Shown here piece by piece: positions 27,862 to 43,100 of a stretch of 64,000 bases of DNA. Source of the DNA: the human T2T-CHM13v2.0 reference genome, Homo sapiens. The stretch lies in assembly GCA_009914755.4 (NCBI GenBank), contig CP086569.2:22720001-22784000 (forward strand), read 5' to 3'. Under the pieces are notes generated by a model, which saw only the letters and a list, made by a program, of their open reading frames with translations, was not told the DNA's origin and did not search any database. The position numbers were made by a program, and so were the translations under genes. The number at the start of each line of letters is the position of its first letter. Within the stretch, counting starts at the first letter, position 1.

Positions 27862-29075
27862 CTAGAAGTATTAAGGGTACTATCAATAACACCGGCACAT
27901 TTAACGTAAGCACATTTTACAAACATTTTTACATCAACTGTAGTTCAATTTGAGGTATTTTTCTCCCAAAAGGAAACTTTTTTTTCTTCTAAAATGAACA
28001 CATCTTTCGCAATGCCAAATTTGAGATAGTTACTGAGCACATGCCTTCCATTAAGGGATCAAACACAAATTCTATTATTCAAATTCCTTGAAAACTTTTC
28101 CATCATTAAAAAAAAAAAAAACTCAAACATAAAAAAAAAGTTTGACCCATCACACATTCTGTGGAAGAATGTGGCACATCTGTTTTTTACAATATATAAT
28201 CCACTTCATCTTTGTAGTCACATCACTGATTTGAAAGTTGCAGTGTCCCAATGAAACTCGTGTCATTTAAAAAAAAAATGAGCTTACTTTTTCAGAGTGA
28301 TTAGGCACATTACTCATTATGAGTTGTTTCTTGTTGGATTTGCTAACACTTCCATAAAATGTCCCCATATGATTTACAATTCTATATTGACTCTAAAAAT
28401 GTTTCTGTAAATGTGATCCTTGTTTGATCTCATTAAGTTTTCTTGCCTTACTCATTTCTTACATTGCCTTAGACGTGCCCCTAAAAAACGAATCTTAATA
28501 TAGTACTTCAGGTAATTTCTCAGAAATGCTTAACTATCCTAATTAATTTCATAATAACATTTTTCACTGTAATCTTTTCTACAGGCCACAGCAATTTTTG
28601 AAAACAGTTCAGCTAATAATGCGATTTAAAAATTACATGGCTTTTGTTATTTGGAGGAAGGACTTAAATCCCTGAACAAGACCGCTTGCAGCCACATCGC
28701 CCGTTGTTCCTACCTTGAAACTTCTTTTGTTATTTCTGGGCTCAAAATATTTTCCCCAGATTTGCCCACGGCTGCTTCCTTCCCAGTGTTCTGAAGTCAG
28801 CCAAAATTCCTTAACTGTTAATTCCCCCTGAAAACTCAAAGAACCTCCTTTATTGGCCATCTTAACATTAATGTGCATACAACATTCATAGTTATTTTAA
28901 CACAATAAAATACGTGAGATGAAGTAATTTAGAAATAACGTTGGCTGGGCGCGGTGGCTCACACCGGTAATCCCAATACTTTGGGAGGCCAAGGCGGGTG
29001 GATCATGAGGTGAAGAGATAGAGCTCACCCTGGCTAACAGGGTGAAACCCCATCCCTACTCAAAGTACAAAATTA

Positions 29076-29246
<171 letters not shown>

Positions 29247-30862
29247 TTACACAAATTACCTGCCCTTTTGCTTGAAAACTAGAGGGAAAAAAGAAATTAT
29301 CATAGCTTCCTATACAGAAGTCAAAATTATCTCCATACCTACCACAAAGCCATGAACCAAAAGCAACTCTCGGTTTCTACCACAGCTTGAAATACTAATT
29401 TATAAGGGTGAATAAAAATGTACTTTCTGCTATGTGACAGGAAGTGTGCTAGATGTAACAGAAAGAAAAGCAACTAGCAAGACTTAAATATGCACTATAT
29501 ACAATTTCACGATCAATAGATTAATACATAGTACAGCGAGTAGAAAATACCTACAATACGCAATGAGGAAGAAAATTATGAAATCTAAGTGGTTTTTGAA
29601 GCATAAATTTTATTTATGAGCCATACACAGGGAAGGATAATTCTCAAGAAGTCTAAAAAAGCACTTTGGGAATAGCGTGAAGACTAACAGGACCTAAAAA
29701 CAGATTGGGATAACGTTATTTATTTATTTTATTTATTTTTTGTTTTTTTGAGACGGATTCTTGCTCTGTTGCCAGGCTGGAGTGCATCGGCGTGATCTCG
29801 GCTCACTGCAACCTCTGCCTCCTTGGGTTTAACCGATTCCCCTGCCTCAGCCTACTGACTAGCTGGAACTACAGGCACACACAACCAGATGCAGCTAATT
29901 TTTTTTTTTGTATTTTAGTAGCGACAGGGTTTCACCATGTTGGCCATTATGGTTTCTTTCTCCTGACCTTGTGATCTGCCCGCCTTGGCCACCCAAAGCG
30001 CTGGGATTACACGCATGAGCCACCATGCCCGGCATGATTGGGATAATGTTATAAAGCAAAAAACACTAAAGAGCACAGAATGGAATGCTCTTGACTACAA
30101 TGTAAAGGAATTCAATAATTAATATCATTACATAGAAGTTTAAAGCTTAAGTAAACACACAATCTCTAGATTTAAGACTCAACAGGACAAGAGACCATTG
30201 GTTCAATCAAAACAAGTCCTCAAACACACTGGGGAAATGAGTAATTAGCTATTCATGTTACATAAATCACTCTGGTGACAGGAAAGAAATGTCCTTAGGA
30301 GAAAAAGCAAGCATGGAGCCAAGAATGCCAGTTACTTCTTCTGTTATCTGACTTCAATGTTCTCATATTATTTTCTATTTTCAACTACTTAACCTTTCCG
30401 TAAATGTAAAGGTCTTATTTAAATACACTTTCGCAAGAATATATTTTCATAAAATATATTCTTCAAGAAGGAAAGAGTCTTTCCTTCTTGTGCGTCTGTC
30501 TAGATGTCTATCCAGTTTGTCTACGCTCTAAAAGTATTTCCATGAATTGGATGTACTTCAATTAATAGCATTTAATAAATATTGACTTATTACTTTCATT
30601 TACATGAGGGTTCCTTATAAGTTTTAAAGCTCTTCAAAACCTTTTAAAATCTATTTGCACTCATATCGAAATACAAACATAGAAAAAGGTTACCAAATAT
30701 TAATTTATGTAATGTTAATTCCAATACCCTTCCAACTACACTTGCACGTATATGGCACAAAAAAGAGGATGGCTTCATGTGTCATTCTACTATCCTCAAA
30801 AGTTTAGCAATATTAAAAAGACCTAGAAATATTGTTAATTGAAGAACAGAGTTAGAATATTA

Positions 30863-31042
<180 letters not shown>

Positions 31043-31395
31043 CTAAAGGTTACATCAAACTAAAAAATAATTGCATTTCACATCACTATTATGGTTCTCG
31101 ATACTCAGTCACCCCTACAGTCAGTCTAGTTTATTCCAGTTTGTTTCGGAACTCCACAGCACATTTACTTTCCCTCATTTTCCTTTCTAAGTAGTAGGTT
31201 ATCCTTTCCATAGAACCTTAACCTACTACTATGAGAATTTTCCAAATATCAAACAGATACTACAAAATAAGAGTTTAAAATGCATAAGGCATTTTAATGT
31301 AGGTATACAATGAACTTTGAAAAAATATATTTTTTCAAAACATATATATATAACATACATATTTTAAACATACCTATTGAAATATACATGTGAAA

Positions 31396-31435
<40 letters not shown>

Positions 31436-31440
31436 TTTTA

Positions 31441-31578
<138 letters not shown>

Positions 31579-33478
31579 TTATCTATATTTAGATATAAAT
31601 AAGCTAAAAAGATAAAATTTTATTACATACTGTGCTGAAAACCCAAGTAAAATTCCCTTCCTGAGGCTGACATCTTTTTAGTATTTCTTACTTTATATAT
31701 GTAAAATTTGTAACACTCAGAGCAAAGGGGCACTAACTTCATGGACAAATGCTGCATTTTAGTATGTACCTGACAAAAATCTCATTTCTAAAAATTAGAT
31801 AAGAAAAGCTATTGTAATTTTCCTCAGTTGCAATATGAAGAATGTCCCCATTTAAATAATTTTATTTGAAAAGAATCTATTTATGAGGTACAGTGTGATG
31901 TTTTGCATATTTTCTTTCTTGAGATGTCTGTCTCCTGTCGCCAAAGTGAACTGCTCACTGCAGGCTCTTCCACCCAGCCTCAACTGATCTTCCTACATCT
32001 CAGCTTCCCAAGTAGCTAGTACTACAGGCGCTTTCTACCACAGCTGGGCAATTTTTTGTATTTTTAAAAATAGACAAGGGTTTCCCCATAGTGCCCAAGC
32101 TAGTCTCCAAATCTTCGGCTCAAGTGTTCTGCCGGCTTGGGACTACCAAAGTGATGGGATTTCAAGGGTGACTCACCACACTCAGCATGATATTTGGATA
32201 AGAGATTAAATCAAGCTACTTAAAATGTTCTAGGAGGAGAATATTTTAAATATTTTACCATCTTTTAGTGATTTGAAATATACAATAGGTCAAAGATCCC
32301 CAAACCCTAGCCTTCAACCCGTACCTATCTGTGGCCTGAATGTGATGCCGGAGGATGACCTGCAATACCTGTCTGTGGAGAATGTAACGCCTGAGGATGA
32401 CCTGAGGTGGTACAGTTTTATCCGGAAACCATCCTCCCTACTCCCTCGCTGGCCCTCCCTGTCCCCGTGACAGCCTCACTGCCCCACCTGGCCTCTGTCA
32501 CATTGCTCCTACCGGAAGACCCGCCCCACCACGTGCCCCTCGGAGACCTGCCGCCAGCCCCCACTCCCAAACCTGTCCACCTCGCCGCCTTCTTCCCCTG
32601 CGCAACCTTTCTCTGAGGAAAAACTGACTTCCACTAAACCAGTCCCTGATGCGAAAATAGCAATGAAAGAGTCCAGTACGTTACCCAGGCTGGTCTCAAA
32701 CTCCTGACTTCAAGCCATCCTCCGACCTCCACTTCCCAAAATGCTAGGACTACAGGAGTAAGGCAGTGTGCCAGGTTAACAGAATAACTTAAGCGCATCT
32801 ATTTTGTTCCAGTTTTCGGCTATCTAACTCCATTTGTCTCGATTACACCCACTTATTCGGTTTAAATTATTTACGGTGCCAAAGACACATGAAACGTTTC
32901 AAATACTGCCATACAACGAAGGAGACAATCACAGGCTTTACAGAGGCAAACTGAAACTCAGATTATTTGTGGCCCCATATTTCTACATACACTAAAGTAA
33001 CACAATTTATGTCAAAATTTGATAATTCTTCCAAGCAAATCAGACACGCGACATGTGCTAACCAAAAGTGTGACTTTTTAATCGCAGTGGTTAAGTGTAT
33101 TGCCTGTATTCTGAATTATCACCACATTCACAGAGAAAACCCGCTTTAATAAAAAGTGCACATGAAAACCAATGGCGGCTTAGCACCATCTCCCACAACT
33201 AGTCGGACACATTAGGCAGTTAAAGGTAGAATCCTCAGGAAAAATCAATGAGTTTAACGAAAGTGAGTCTCTTAATAGCACTGAGGAGTTCTTTCCCCAC
33301 TGACTCCTCCCGTAATTCAACACCCACACATAGAAAACCCATCCCCTTTTATAGACAAAATCCCAAACCTTCGCTTTCTATTCTTGCCGAGAGACCCAGC
33401 TGTCCAGAGAAACAGAAAATACCTGCGCTTTTTAGTAGGACAAAGAGCCTGAGGTTCGCCTGGCCCTCAGGCCGTACG

Positions 33479-33799
33479 TAACCGGCTTCGGAACACCACA
33501 GGGCCAACTGCGGGAGGGACAGCTGGAGCTTCCCTGAGAGGGAAGGACGCCGGAAGCCGTGCCCGGAAATCCCGCCTACCTCCAGCGGCCAATCATTGCG
33601 AAGGCGGTGGGCGTCAGCCAGTTACTGCAAAGGCTGTGGGCGTGTCCTGAGGCCGCTCCGCCCCAGCAGGCCTGCGGCTCCATCATCTCGCGGTAACTCT
33701 TCCGAGACCACGCTTGTGCCACGTGGCGGGCCGCGGTGGATTAAGGCACACGCGAACTGTGAGCCCTTTGCAATTGTGGGCATGGAAGACCTACACCCT
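33479..33799 (-). promoter_or_regulatory. RBMY1: CpG-rich promoter and putative non-coding exon 1 of RBMY1 copy B
   Basis: Exact copy of 9940..10260. Lies ~14.5 kb from the polyA signal at ~19150, in line with the ~14-15 kb size recalled for RBMY1 genes. Confidence 0.4.
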
Positions 33800-36700
33800 A
33801 ACTGGCATCCTGAGTGTGGCAAGACATTAACTAACCCACAGGGAACACATGAAACATCTCACTTCATTAGGCAGGCTAGGCTGATGGTACTGAATATTGC
33901 GGATCCAGAGGGGAGAGAGAGGGACCAGCGCTGCTGCTGGGGCGAGGGCAGCAGCGGTGGCTTGGGGGGATTGGGGCAGGGCGGGTGCGTGGGACTAAAG
34001 TCGACTGGTACGTTGCTGAGGTGGAATTCATCTGCACCAGAAGCTGAAACCCTGCAAGGATTCTGTCAGGTCTAGGCAAATACATACTCCGAGTTCCATG
34101 GTTCCTCCCTGAGGATGCTGTACTCACAGGGGCATTCCAAAGGACTTCTCATCCTGTGCCCTGGGCACACGGGAGGCCTACCGCCATGGTCGCCAATGCA
34201 GTGATCCGTGTGCACTGCTTTGCTGGTGCAGAGGCTCTCACAAGTGCAGTGGTGGCCGTGTGCCTGCTAGCGGGGCTCTGGAAGCCAGGGCCTTGGCATC
34301 CGACTCCAGGGCTGCCGTGCGCAGCTAACCCTGCTGGGTAGCTGAGCCCCAGTGTGAGTGTGACAGGCTAAGGGCCCTGTGGGGCCCCCCAGGAACCCTG
34401 TTCCACATAGGTGTAGGATGTGGTTCTCAGCAGGGCAAGGCCCGCAGGCCTCTCCTGGAGTTGCCCCCAGAGTTGACGGGTGCCGGGGGGGTGGGGTGGG
34501 AGGCACAGGCTTTGCTCTGTTGGAGCCTCAAGGAGGGCACCATGTTAAGGCTGGAGGCTGTGCAGGAGAGGATGGTCTGTGCACAGAGCAGGAAGACAAC
34601 CCTGCGGGGAGAGGCATGCTAGTGGGGGATGACATCATTGCAGAGATGGAGGTGGTGGCCAAGGAGGAAGGCCAATGTGGAGCCACAGCAGGAGGACCTG
34701 CAGGCACAGCCTGGCCCTGGCCCCAGTACGCCCCGGCCAGCAACAGACTCGCTGGACGTCCTTCACTTGGAGCTCGGCTACGTGAATGTCCCAGGCCACA
34801 GGGCATCCCCGGCTTCTGGGCCAGAGCCATATCCTTGCAGCTGCCAATTCGGGATGGTTGGCAGCAGGGGATGGGCGCGGAGCTCCCGGGAGCGGAGGTG
34901 GGGGGAAACAAGGTGGTAGGCACTGGCGGTCAGCCAGGATTCAGGGCATGGGGGACAACAAGGGGAACTGAGAACAGGCTCATGCGGATAGGAGGGCAGC
35001 TTAATTGCATGTGCCCTGAGGGCATGTGGTAGGGACAGGAAGCCAAGCACAGCACTCACCAGGGAGAATAGCAGCGCCAAGGACCCATCATAACAGCAGA
35101 AAGTTGAAGGATACGATTCACCGGGAAAGTCCCTGGAGGAAGGGGAGTCTGCATGCCCATGCCAGCCACGGAACTTCCCTGCTCCCCTTGCCTGTGTCCA
35201 GCAAGCTTACCCCAGAAACACAAGGTGCTCAAGACTCGGTGTCACTGTGCACGGGGCTGCTGTCCTATGCAAGGCAGGCACTATCTCCCCAGACACAATT
35301 TCTTCCCTCTGCCAGCGCTGCACCCAAAGATGTTTAGGCCCTGAGTATATATAAGCTCCCTTGAAACCACTCGAGCTCCACGGGGAGAGCCAGGCACAGC
35401 CCCGTAGCTACTTCTACCCACAGCGGTTGCCTGGGGTGGACACGTGCACCCCTCAGGGAGACCAGGAGAAGGAGAGACGGCACACCCAGACAGCAGCAGA
35501 GCCTGTCCAGCACCCAGCACAGGAGGGCCTCCTGCAGCTCAGAAACGCCGAGCAAGTAGTCGCCTCACACAACAACACCCCGCCCCCAACCCCCTGCCCA
35601 CTTCTTCAGTGCCAGCCCCTGGTCAGAGCAGGTTGTCTGGGCCTGCCTCCACCCACCACCAAGACCACCACAGCTCTGATGGTGCCCTCCACGCCAGACA
35701 GAGACAGAGGACCTGGAAGGGAAGGTGCCCTGCCCCACACTCTCCGTGCTCTTGCAAAGTTGCAGGGTGTTTCCTTGCACGCCCACCCAATCATCCGGCG
35801 GCTCCTTGACCAGAGGCAGATTGTGCGGCACACCGAGATGTTGGCCGGGATCACAAATGATGATGAAGTCCTGCTAAGCTACGTACGTGATGGATTTGCA
35901 GGTCGGGCTAAGGAGCCTGAGTCTTCGGGAGGGGTCTGGTGTCTGGGTCAGGTTGAGGTACCCCTGGGACCCGGGGGTGTCTCAATGAGAGAGTTGGGAA
36001 GGAGAAACACATGCTTCACCCCAGCTAACAGGTCACCTCACCCCAGCTACATGAAATGCTCCTTTGAGTACGTCCTCTTTCTCCTTCTTGGCCAGGTAAG
36101 GGGAGGAAAGCAACTCTTCCGGGTACCGGCAGCAGGATGAAGTTTTCCTTTTATCACAGTCTCTACTTCCACAATGAAGTGATCATTCAGGAGTACTGCC
36201 TTGGCATCCTCGGTAAGGAGCGCCTCCCAGCATGGTAGGGGAGCTGGTGTGTGGGAGGGTAGGTCTGGCATGAACCTTCCTGACTCCTCTCTCTGCAGGA
36301 TACGGGATGTCTCATTCCACTGCAGTCTAGTGGTTGTGGGATCATGAAGGTCAAGCCTCCAGCTGCAGGCCGTACAGCTCCTACCTGACCTTCTTCAGCT
36401 GGTTGGCTGACCATGACTGCCCAGGTTCTGGCAGGATTGCTGAGGTGAGCGCCAGGTAGGGCATCATGGGAAAGGATCTTGCTGGTCATTCCTTGGCCTC
36501 TGGGGAACTGGCTTTGAGCCATGACCTGAACTAACCTGTACCCACTTCTGCAGTCCCCTAGATCATCAGCCAGAGCCTGTAGCTCAATCCCCTGCAGTAC
36601 TTCTCCAGGGAGGGAGGCCATTAGAGAGTGAACAGAGAGGAGGCCAGGTGAGCAGTCTGGGGCTGGGGACTGAGAGGCGGTTGATTCCTGGAGTTGTGCC

Positions 36701-39700
36701 CCACATGGAGAAACCAAGCCTCAGGGAGGTGACTGCAGTGAGCAATCCCACGCCATCCATGGGCTGGCGGAGAAATGGCCATCAAAGAACTGTAACACCC
36801 ACATTTTAGGATTGGGGCACCTTCAGCCGCCTAAGAGGAATAAGTGTCTAAGGTCAGTGGGTGAGAAGCAAGGCTCAAGTGGTAGCTGTCTCATCATCCC
36901 TCACCGGCTGAGGCCTGAGGCCGGCTACCACTTGGGGCTCAGTTTGGGCTCAACCAGGGCCCTCTCACCCTCCACGCAGATATCCTCCCAAGGCCCCTCT
37001 CTATGTCTTCCCTGATGGGCTGTCCCACGCCCATCATTTTTTGTTACAATGATCCCAGGCTTCCCTGAGATGCTTTCTGCCCTCTGCCATCATCACCCAC
37101 ACTTCCCTGCCCCACCCTGCCCCACCAGACAAGAGAGGCCGCTACACAGGGAATCTGGAGAACCACACTGGGCTCACAGGGGAGGAAATGTGAAGAGATT
37201 GCAAAATGGATGAGCCCTTCATTGTGTGTCCAGGGAGGGAACCTGGCTGGGAATTAAGGCCCACCTGAGTAGTGGTGTGGACACCCAGTGTTACTTATCA
37301 TGATGAAGACCTGCTTTGTCACATCCCCTAATATTAATATGGAAGTTATTTTCTTGGAACAGTGAAACAATGTGTACAAAGAAATAGTGTTTGTTCAGAT
37401 TTGTGTAGAAATACTGCAGACGCGTCCCTTTTCCATTACAATTCTTATGTGAGACTTGAAGTGTTTATTGAGTTGTAAGATACATTTTGATGGTTCTGCC
37501 CCCAGCAAATTTTATGATCATGTTTGCACTGTAGAGACATGGAATCCAGAAAAGTTTTGAGTGACTTTCAGCTTCTTGTAGAGTACTTACTTGTAAATTT
37601 TGAATTTTTTTCCGTATAGTTCTCTTCAGTTTATTATTTTAATTTTATGTGCAAGGTGATTCATTTGTTTTATTTGCCTTTTGTGGAAACTTTGTTTTAA
37701 TGTACTTTCTGTTTTCCGTTAGATATGCGAGTTGAACTGTGAGTACAAAATTTTTATTTTCATTTTTTAGTTGTTTTGGGGTGTCTGTGTGTGTTTTGAG
37801 GAGTACTGCTCTGTCACCCAGGCTGGAGTGAAGTGGCAGGATCTCGGCTCAACCTCAACCTCCGCCTCCCAGCTTCAAGCAATTCCCCTGCCTCGGCCTT
37901 CTGAGGAGTTGGGATTACTGGTGCATGCCACCATGTGCAGCTAATTTTTGTATTTTTAGTCAAGACTGGGTTTCACCATATTTGCCAGGCTGGTCTCCGA
38001 CTCCTCACCTCAACTGATCCACCCACTTTTGCCTGCCAAACTGCCAGGCTTACAGCGTGAGCCACCATGCCCAGCCTCATTTATTTGTTTCTGTATTAGA
38101 ACCCTTCTTGTATACTCTTCATGTACACACATTTTAGAGTGAATGGAAGAGTGTATTTTATTTATTTAGTCAATAGTAGAATTTTAAACGCAATGTTTTT
38201 ATTCAGTAAATACAGTATTGTGAATAGGTTAAACCTAGTATAGTATTGTCATTCTCTCTTTCATAAATTTTTCAAGAACGCTGATACTGTTTCCGTCCCC
38301 CCGCCTCCGAGGAGAACACGCAGATAGGTCCAAAAAATTGTGGAAGTGAGTGGGTATGAAAATATAATTTGAAGGCCGGACGGGGTGTTTCACGCCTGCA
38401 ATCCCCACACTTTCGGAGGCCAAGGCTGGTGGATTACCAGACGTCAGAAGTTCAAGACCAGCGGGGTCAACATGGTGAAACCCCACCTCTACTAAATATT
38501 CGAAAATTAGCTGGGCATGGTGGCAGGTTCCTGTAATCCTAGCTATTTGGGAGGCTGAGGCAGGAGAATCGGTTGAACCCAAGAGGCGGTGGTTGCAGTG
38601 AGCCAAGATCACGCCACTGCACTACAGCCTGGGTCACAAGACCAAAGCTTTGTCTCCACCACCCCACACCCCCCAAGAAAGCATTATTTTGGGAAAAACC
38701 CATCCAGCACTTGTAAAAATAAGGAATTATTAGGCATGGCCACTGTAGTGGTCTGAAACACACTTTGAAATTCTTCTCAAACCCATTTGAAAATATTCCT
38801 GATGGAACTGAACACAGTACTTGCTTCTAATGTATAGAAAACACTGCAAGCAGTTTCTGGATACTGGACCACCTCTGGCCTAGTTTAGAGACGGTGACAC
38901 GGCTCTGCCTAGGTCTCCTGCTCTCATGGGGACAAACCCCTTAGGAGCCCCCGACCAGTACATCACGCAGTCTAACACCCTGATAACACTATGCAGAAGG
39001 GACATCCAATGGAGAGACTCAAAGAAACAGAACAAGATGTCTGAGCATCTCAGCAGTCCAGCCCCTGCTATTTGAGTCACGCTAGCCATGGCACCAGGGA
39101 GATGAGAAGACACCCGCCAATGTCCCCATCTTTGGCCATCACTAGATTGCATCCTCCTGAGTGCCCCTGAACCACATTCATTTGGCTGAGAGACTGAGGG
39201 CGATTGCAGAGACTGACAGTTAGTAAATTATAATTATGGTTTTAAGCCACTAAGTTTTAGATAATTCTGAAAAGCACTTTAGACTCCTAGAAAAACTGTG
39301 TCGTCTACTGACTTCATTGCAGAGAGCTGTAAAGGCCAACATCATGAATGCTAATACCCTGGAAAAGTCAAATCATCGAGACTCTTCTAAGCACAACAGA
39401 TCTTTAATGTCCCTTCGCTATGGCTGGAGAATAATCTAACATGTATCTGATAGAGTTGTTGGAAAGCCTCTGTTCACATCTCTCAGCCTGGTATGGGTCA
39501 ACTCTGGTCTGCTTTAATTCTAGGCAACTGCAGCAGTTCACCTTCCATTTTAGGTCGTGGCCTACACTGATTTTTTGATCACTGACTGTGTCTTTGTCTG
39601 TGTGTGTATGTTTTGTGTGTTATCATATTTTATCTGAGGAGGCTAAATAATAGTACTATAGTTTTGTAAACAGAAAACATTCCAGGAAGTCAGTATTGCT

Positions 39701-40121
39701 TATAAACTGAGCTTTAAAATAGATATGAAATTAGACATGGCAAGATGCCATGTCTACTATCATACCAAAGCTAGCCAAGCTTGGTGGCCCATGGATATTA
39801 TCCCAGCTACTTGGAAGGCTGATGCAGGAGAATCCATTGAATCCTGGTGATGGAGTTTGCAGTAAAGTGAGATCACACCACTGTGCTCCAGCCTGGGCAG
39901 CACAGCGAGACTCTGTCTCAGAAATAAAAAGAGAATAAAATAATAAAATAGGAGAGATTACTGAAGAGACAAATGCATAAAACTGGGTGGGCATTGTGGC
40001 TCACGCCTGGATCCCAGCATTCTCAGAGGATGAGGTGGGTGGATCACTAGAGGACAAGAGTTCAAGACCAGCCCGAGCAAATATTGTGAAACCTGGTCTC
40101 TACTGAAAATAGAAATACACA

Positions 40122-40152
40122 CACACACACACATACACACACACACACACAC
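40122..40152. repeat. (CA)n/(TG)n microsatellite present only in unit 2 (no counterpart at ~16590 in unit 1)
   Basis: acacacacacacatacacacacacacacacac inserted inside an Alu A-tail region. Confidence 0.8.
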
Positions 40153-43100
40153 AGGATTGGTGTCATATGACTGCAGTTGCAGTTGCTTAGGAGGGTGTGA
40201 CTGGACAATTGCTTGAACCCGTGATAAGGAGGGAGCAGTGAGCTGAGATCACGCCACTGCACTCCAGCCTAGGTGACAGGGCAGGATTCTTTCTTAAAAA
40301 AAAAAAAATCAGTGAGAGAAAAAGATACAGAGACAAAAAGAAAGAAAGACAGGAAGGAAGAAAGGAAGGGAGGGAAGGAGGAAGGGAATGAAAATTTGTA
40401 CCTAACAGTTGTAGATACTTTTGGCATACATGTGATATTTTGATACAAGTAATGTGAACTGGTAAGCGAGGGATCAAAGAGGGGATGGGGGTGGGTTAAA
40501 TTATACTTGCTTAGAAGGAATAATATCTAGTGTTCAGTGGCACAGGATGACTACACTTAATAATGATTTATTGTACATCTCAAAATAATTAATAGAGCGA
40601 AGGTGGAATGTCGCTGATACCAAGAAAAGATACGCCAGACTCAGTGAGGTGGAATGTCGCTCATAATGAGAAAAGATATGCCAGACTCAGTGGCTCACGG
40701 CTATAATCACAACACTTTGGGAAGCCAGGGAAGGAGGATTATTTCGGTCTGGGAGATTGAGACCAGCCTGAACAATATATCCAAAGCATTGTCCCTACCA
40801 CACACACACAAACACAAAAGTTGGGCACAGTGATGTGTGTCTGTAATCCCAACTACTTGGGAGGCTGAAATGGAAGGCTTGTGCATTTGAACCCAGGAGT
40901 TCGAGGCTGCAGTGAGCCTTGACGGTGCCACTGCAGTCCAGGCTGGACAACAGAGGGAGACCCTGTGTCTAAAAAAGCAAAAAGAAAGAATAAATGCTTG
41001 AAATGAAGGATACCTTATTTATTATTTACATATTTGTAGATTTATATAATTATTTTTGATTTGGAGTCTCGCTCTGTCACCCAGGCTAGAGTACATAGTG
41101 CAATATTGGCTCACTGCAGCCTCAGGCTCCCAGGTTCAAACAATTCTCCTGCCTGAGCCCCCCAATTAACTGTAACATACTACAGGTGTGCACCACCATG
41201 CCCAGCAAATTTTCATATTTTTGCTAGAGATGGGGTTTCATGGTATTGGTCAGGCTGGTCTGGAACTCCCGACCTAAAGTGATCAGCAAGCCTTGGCCTC
41301 AAAGTGCTGGAATTAAAAACCTGAGCCGTCACACCTGGGCAGTAAGATACATAAGACTAGGGAATTTTATTTTTTCACTTCATCCTCACAATCCTACATT
41401 GTAGGTGAATGAAAACACAACTTCATAACACAAATAACTCACTTGAAAATCCAAGTTGGTAACTTCTCCCTTTAAAATTATTTGCACCCTTACCTATAGA
41501 AATTGAAGATGTTGTCAAAATTTTATCAAGAAAATATTTCCTCATTGCAGATTAGTCTGTTAATTGTAAGAATTATGGATTGTAAAACTTCTGGAACTTC
41601 ATGTATTTCATTTCTTTAGGTTGTACAATGTATAATCAGAAAAATTAATTGGTTTAGTTATTTAAGTCCAAATCTTTTTATTTTTACCATTTGATGATTT
41701 ATTAAACCTTTAAGCAATCCCCTGTCTGAAATGTTATGCTGCTGTTTTGTTTTATACACTTCACTTCCCAAAAGTATGAGGTTGAAAGTGCTTCCATTCA
41801 TATAACCAATTAAGTCTGATAGGCTGAGAGTGGTGGCTCATGCCTGTAATCCTAGAACTTTGGCAGTCTGAGGAGGGTGGATCAGGATTTTAAGAACAGG
41901 CTGGCAAGTGTGGTGGAACGCTGTCTATACTAAAAATACAAAAAATTAGCCAGCTGTAGTGCACACTTATCTAATACCAGTTACTCAAGATGCTGAGGCA
42001 GGACAATAGATTGGACCCAGAAGGTGGAGGTTGTAGTAAGCCAAGATGGAGCCACTGCACCCCTGCTTGGGTGACAAAGCTACATCCCATCTCAAAACAA
42101 ACAAACAAACAAACAAAAAACTGATAAAATTCCAACCACTCTAGATTATTCCTATTTGTAACAACTTATTACTACACCATGACTTACAACAACCATTGTC
42201 AAAACTTTTAAGAAAAAAATAACATGACTACCTCCCAAGACCAAACACTTACTTTCCACCATTTAAACTAGGAAAATTTAATTTCATTATGCTATGCACT
42301 TGAGAAACTTAGCTGGTTCACTTTTCATTTAGGTAAAAAAAAGTTTTCATTAGCATTATCCCTCTTCAGTCACAGAATGCTTCAAGTAGAATGTTCTGGA
42401 TGTCTTAAATTTTAATATCAACCACATCTAATTATTTCCTTTGACCTGTACTATTCCTCTAAAGGATAAACATATGGTGAGGCAGAGAGTCTTGTAGTCT
42501 TTCTGAAGACTACTCAAACATTGTAAGCTTGTAAGTTTTTAAAGAGAAACAGCCTATTTAGAAAACTTGTGCAGCTTGCAAGGGAGACATAACATATGCC
42601 TAATTTTGTATCTATTTATGTTCAAAGAAATAAAGGAAAATGTTCAACAAACAATGCAATTTACTCTCTTATTGAATTTGCTTTTAAGCATGTGCAGCTG
42701 AGCAAAAACATTAGGCATTTTGCATTACATGTAAAATTTTATTCTGAAAATTTTAATGTAGATATTACATCTAAACAGATAGTTTTCAAATAGCATTAGC
42801 TAGTATGAAATTACTTGGAAATAAAATTCCCTTTATTTATTGGAAATAAAATTCCTTTGAATACCTCAAAAAATTCATGGAGGAAGTTAGTATCTACCTC
42901 TCTCCACAAAACATACATGTTTCTTTTAGTAAGACGCAGGTAACAATGCAGAAATAACAGGTCAATTTTCGATTTGCAAACAAGGTTTAGTATGCAATAA
43001 CTATTATTTGAATACTTGCTTTCATATCTGCTTCAGCCTCTTTTGTCAGATCCACCTTCCCCACCATCTCCTGTAGATGACAAATATCTTGAGCTACCAC

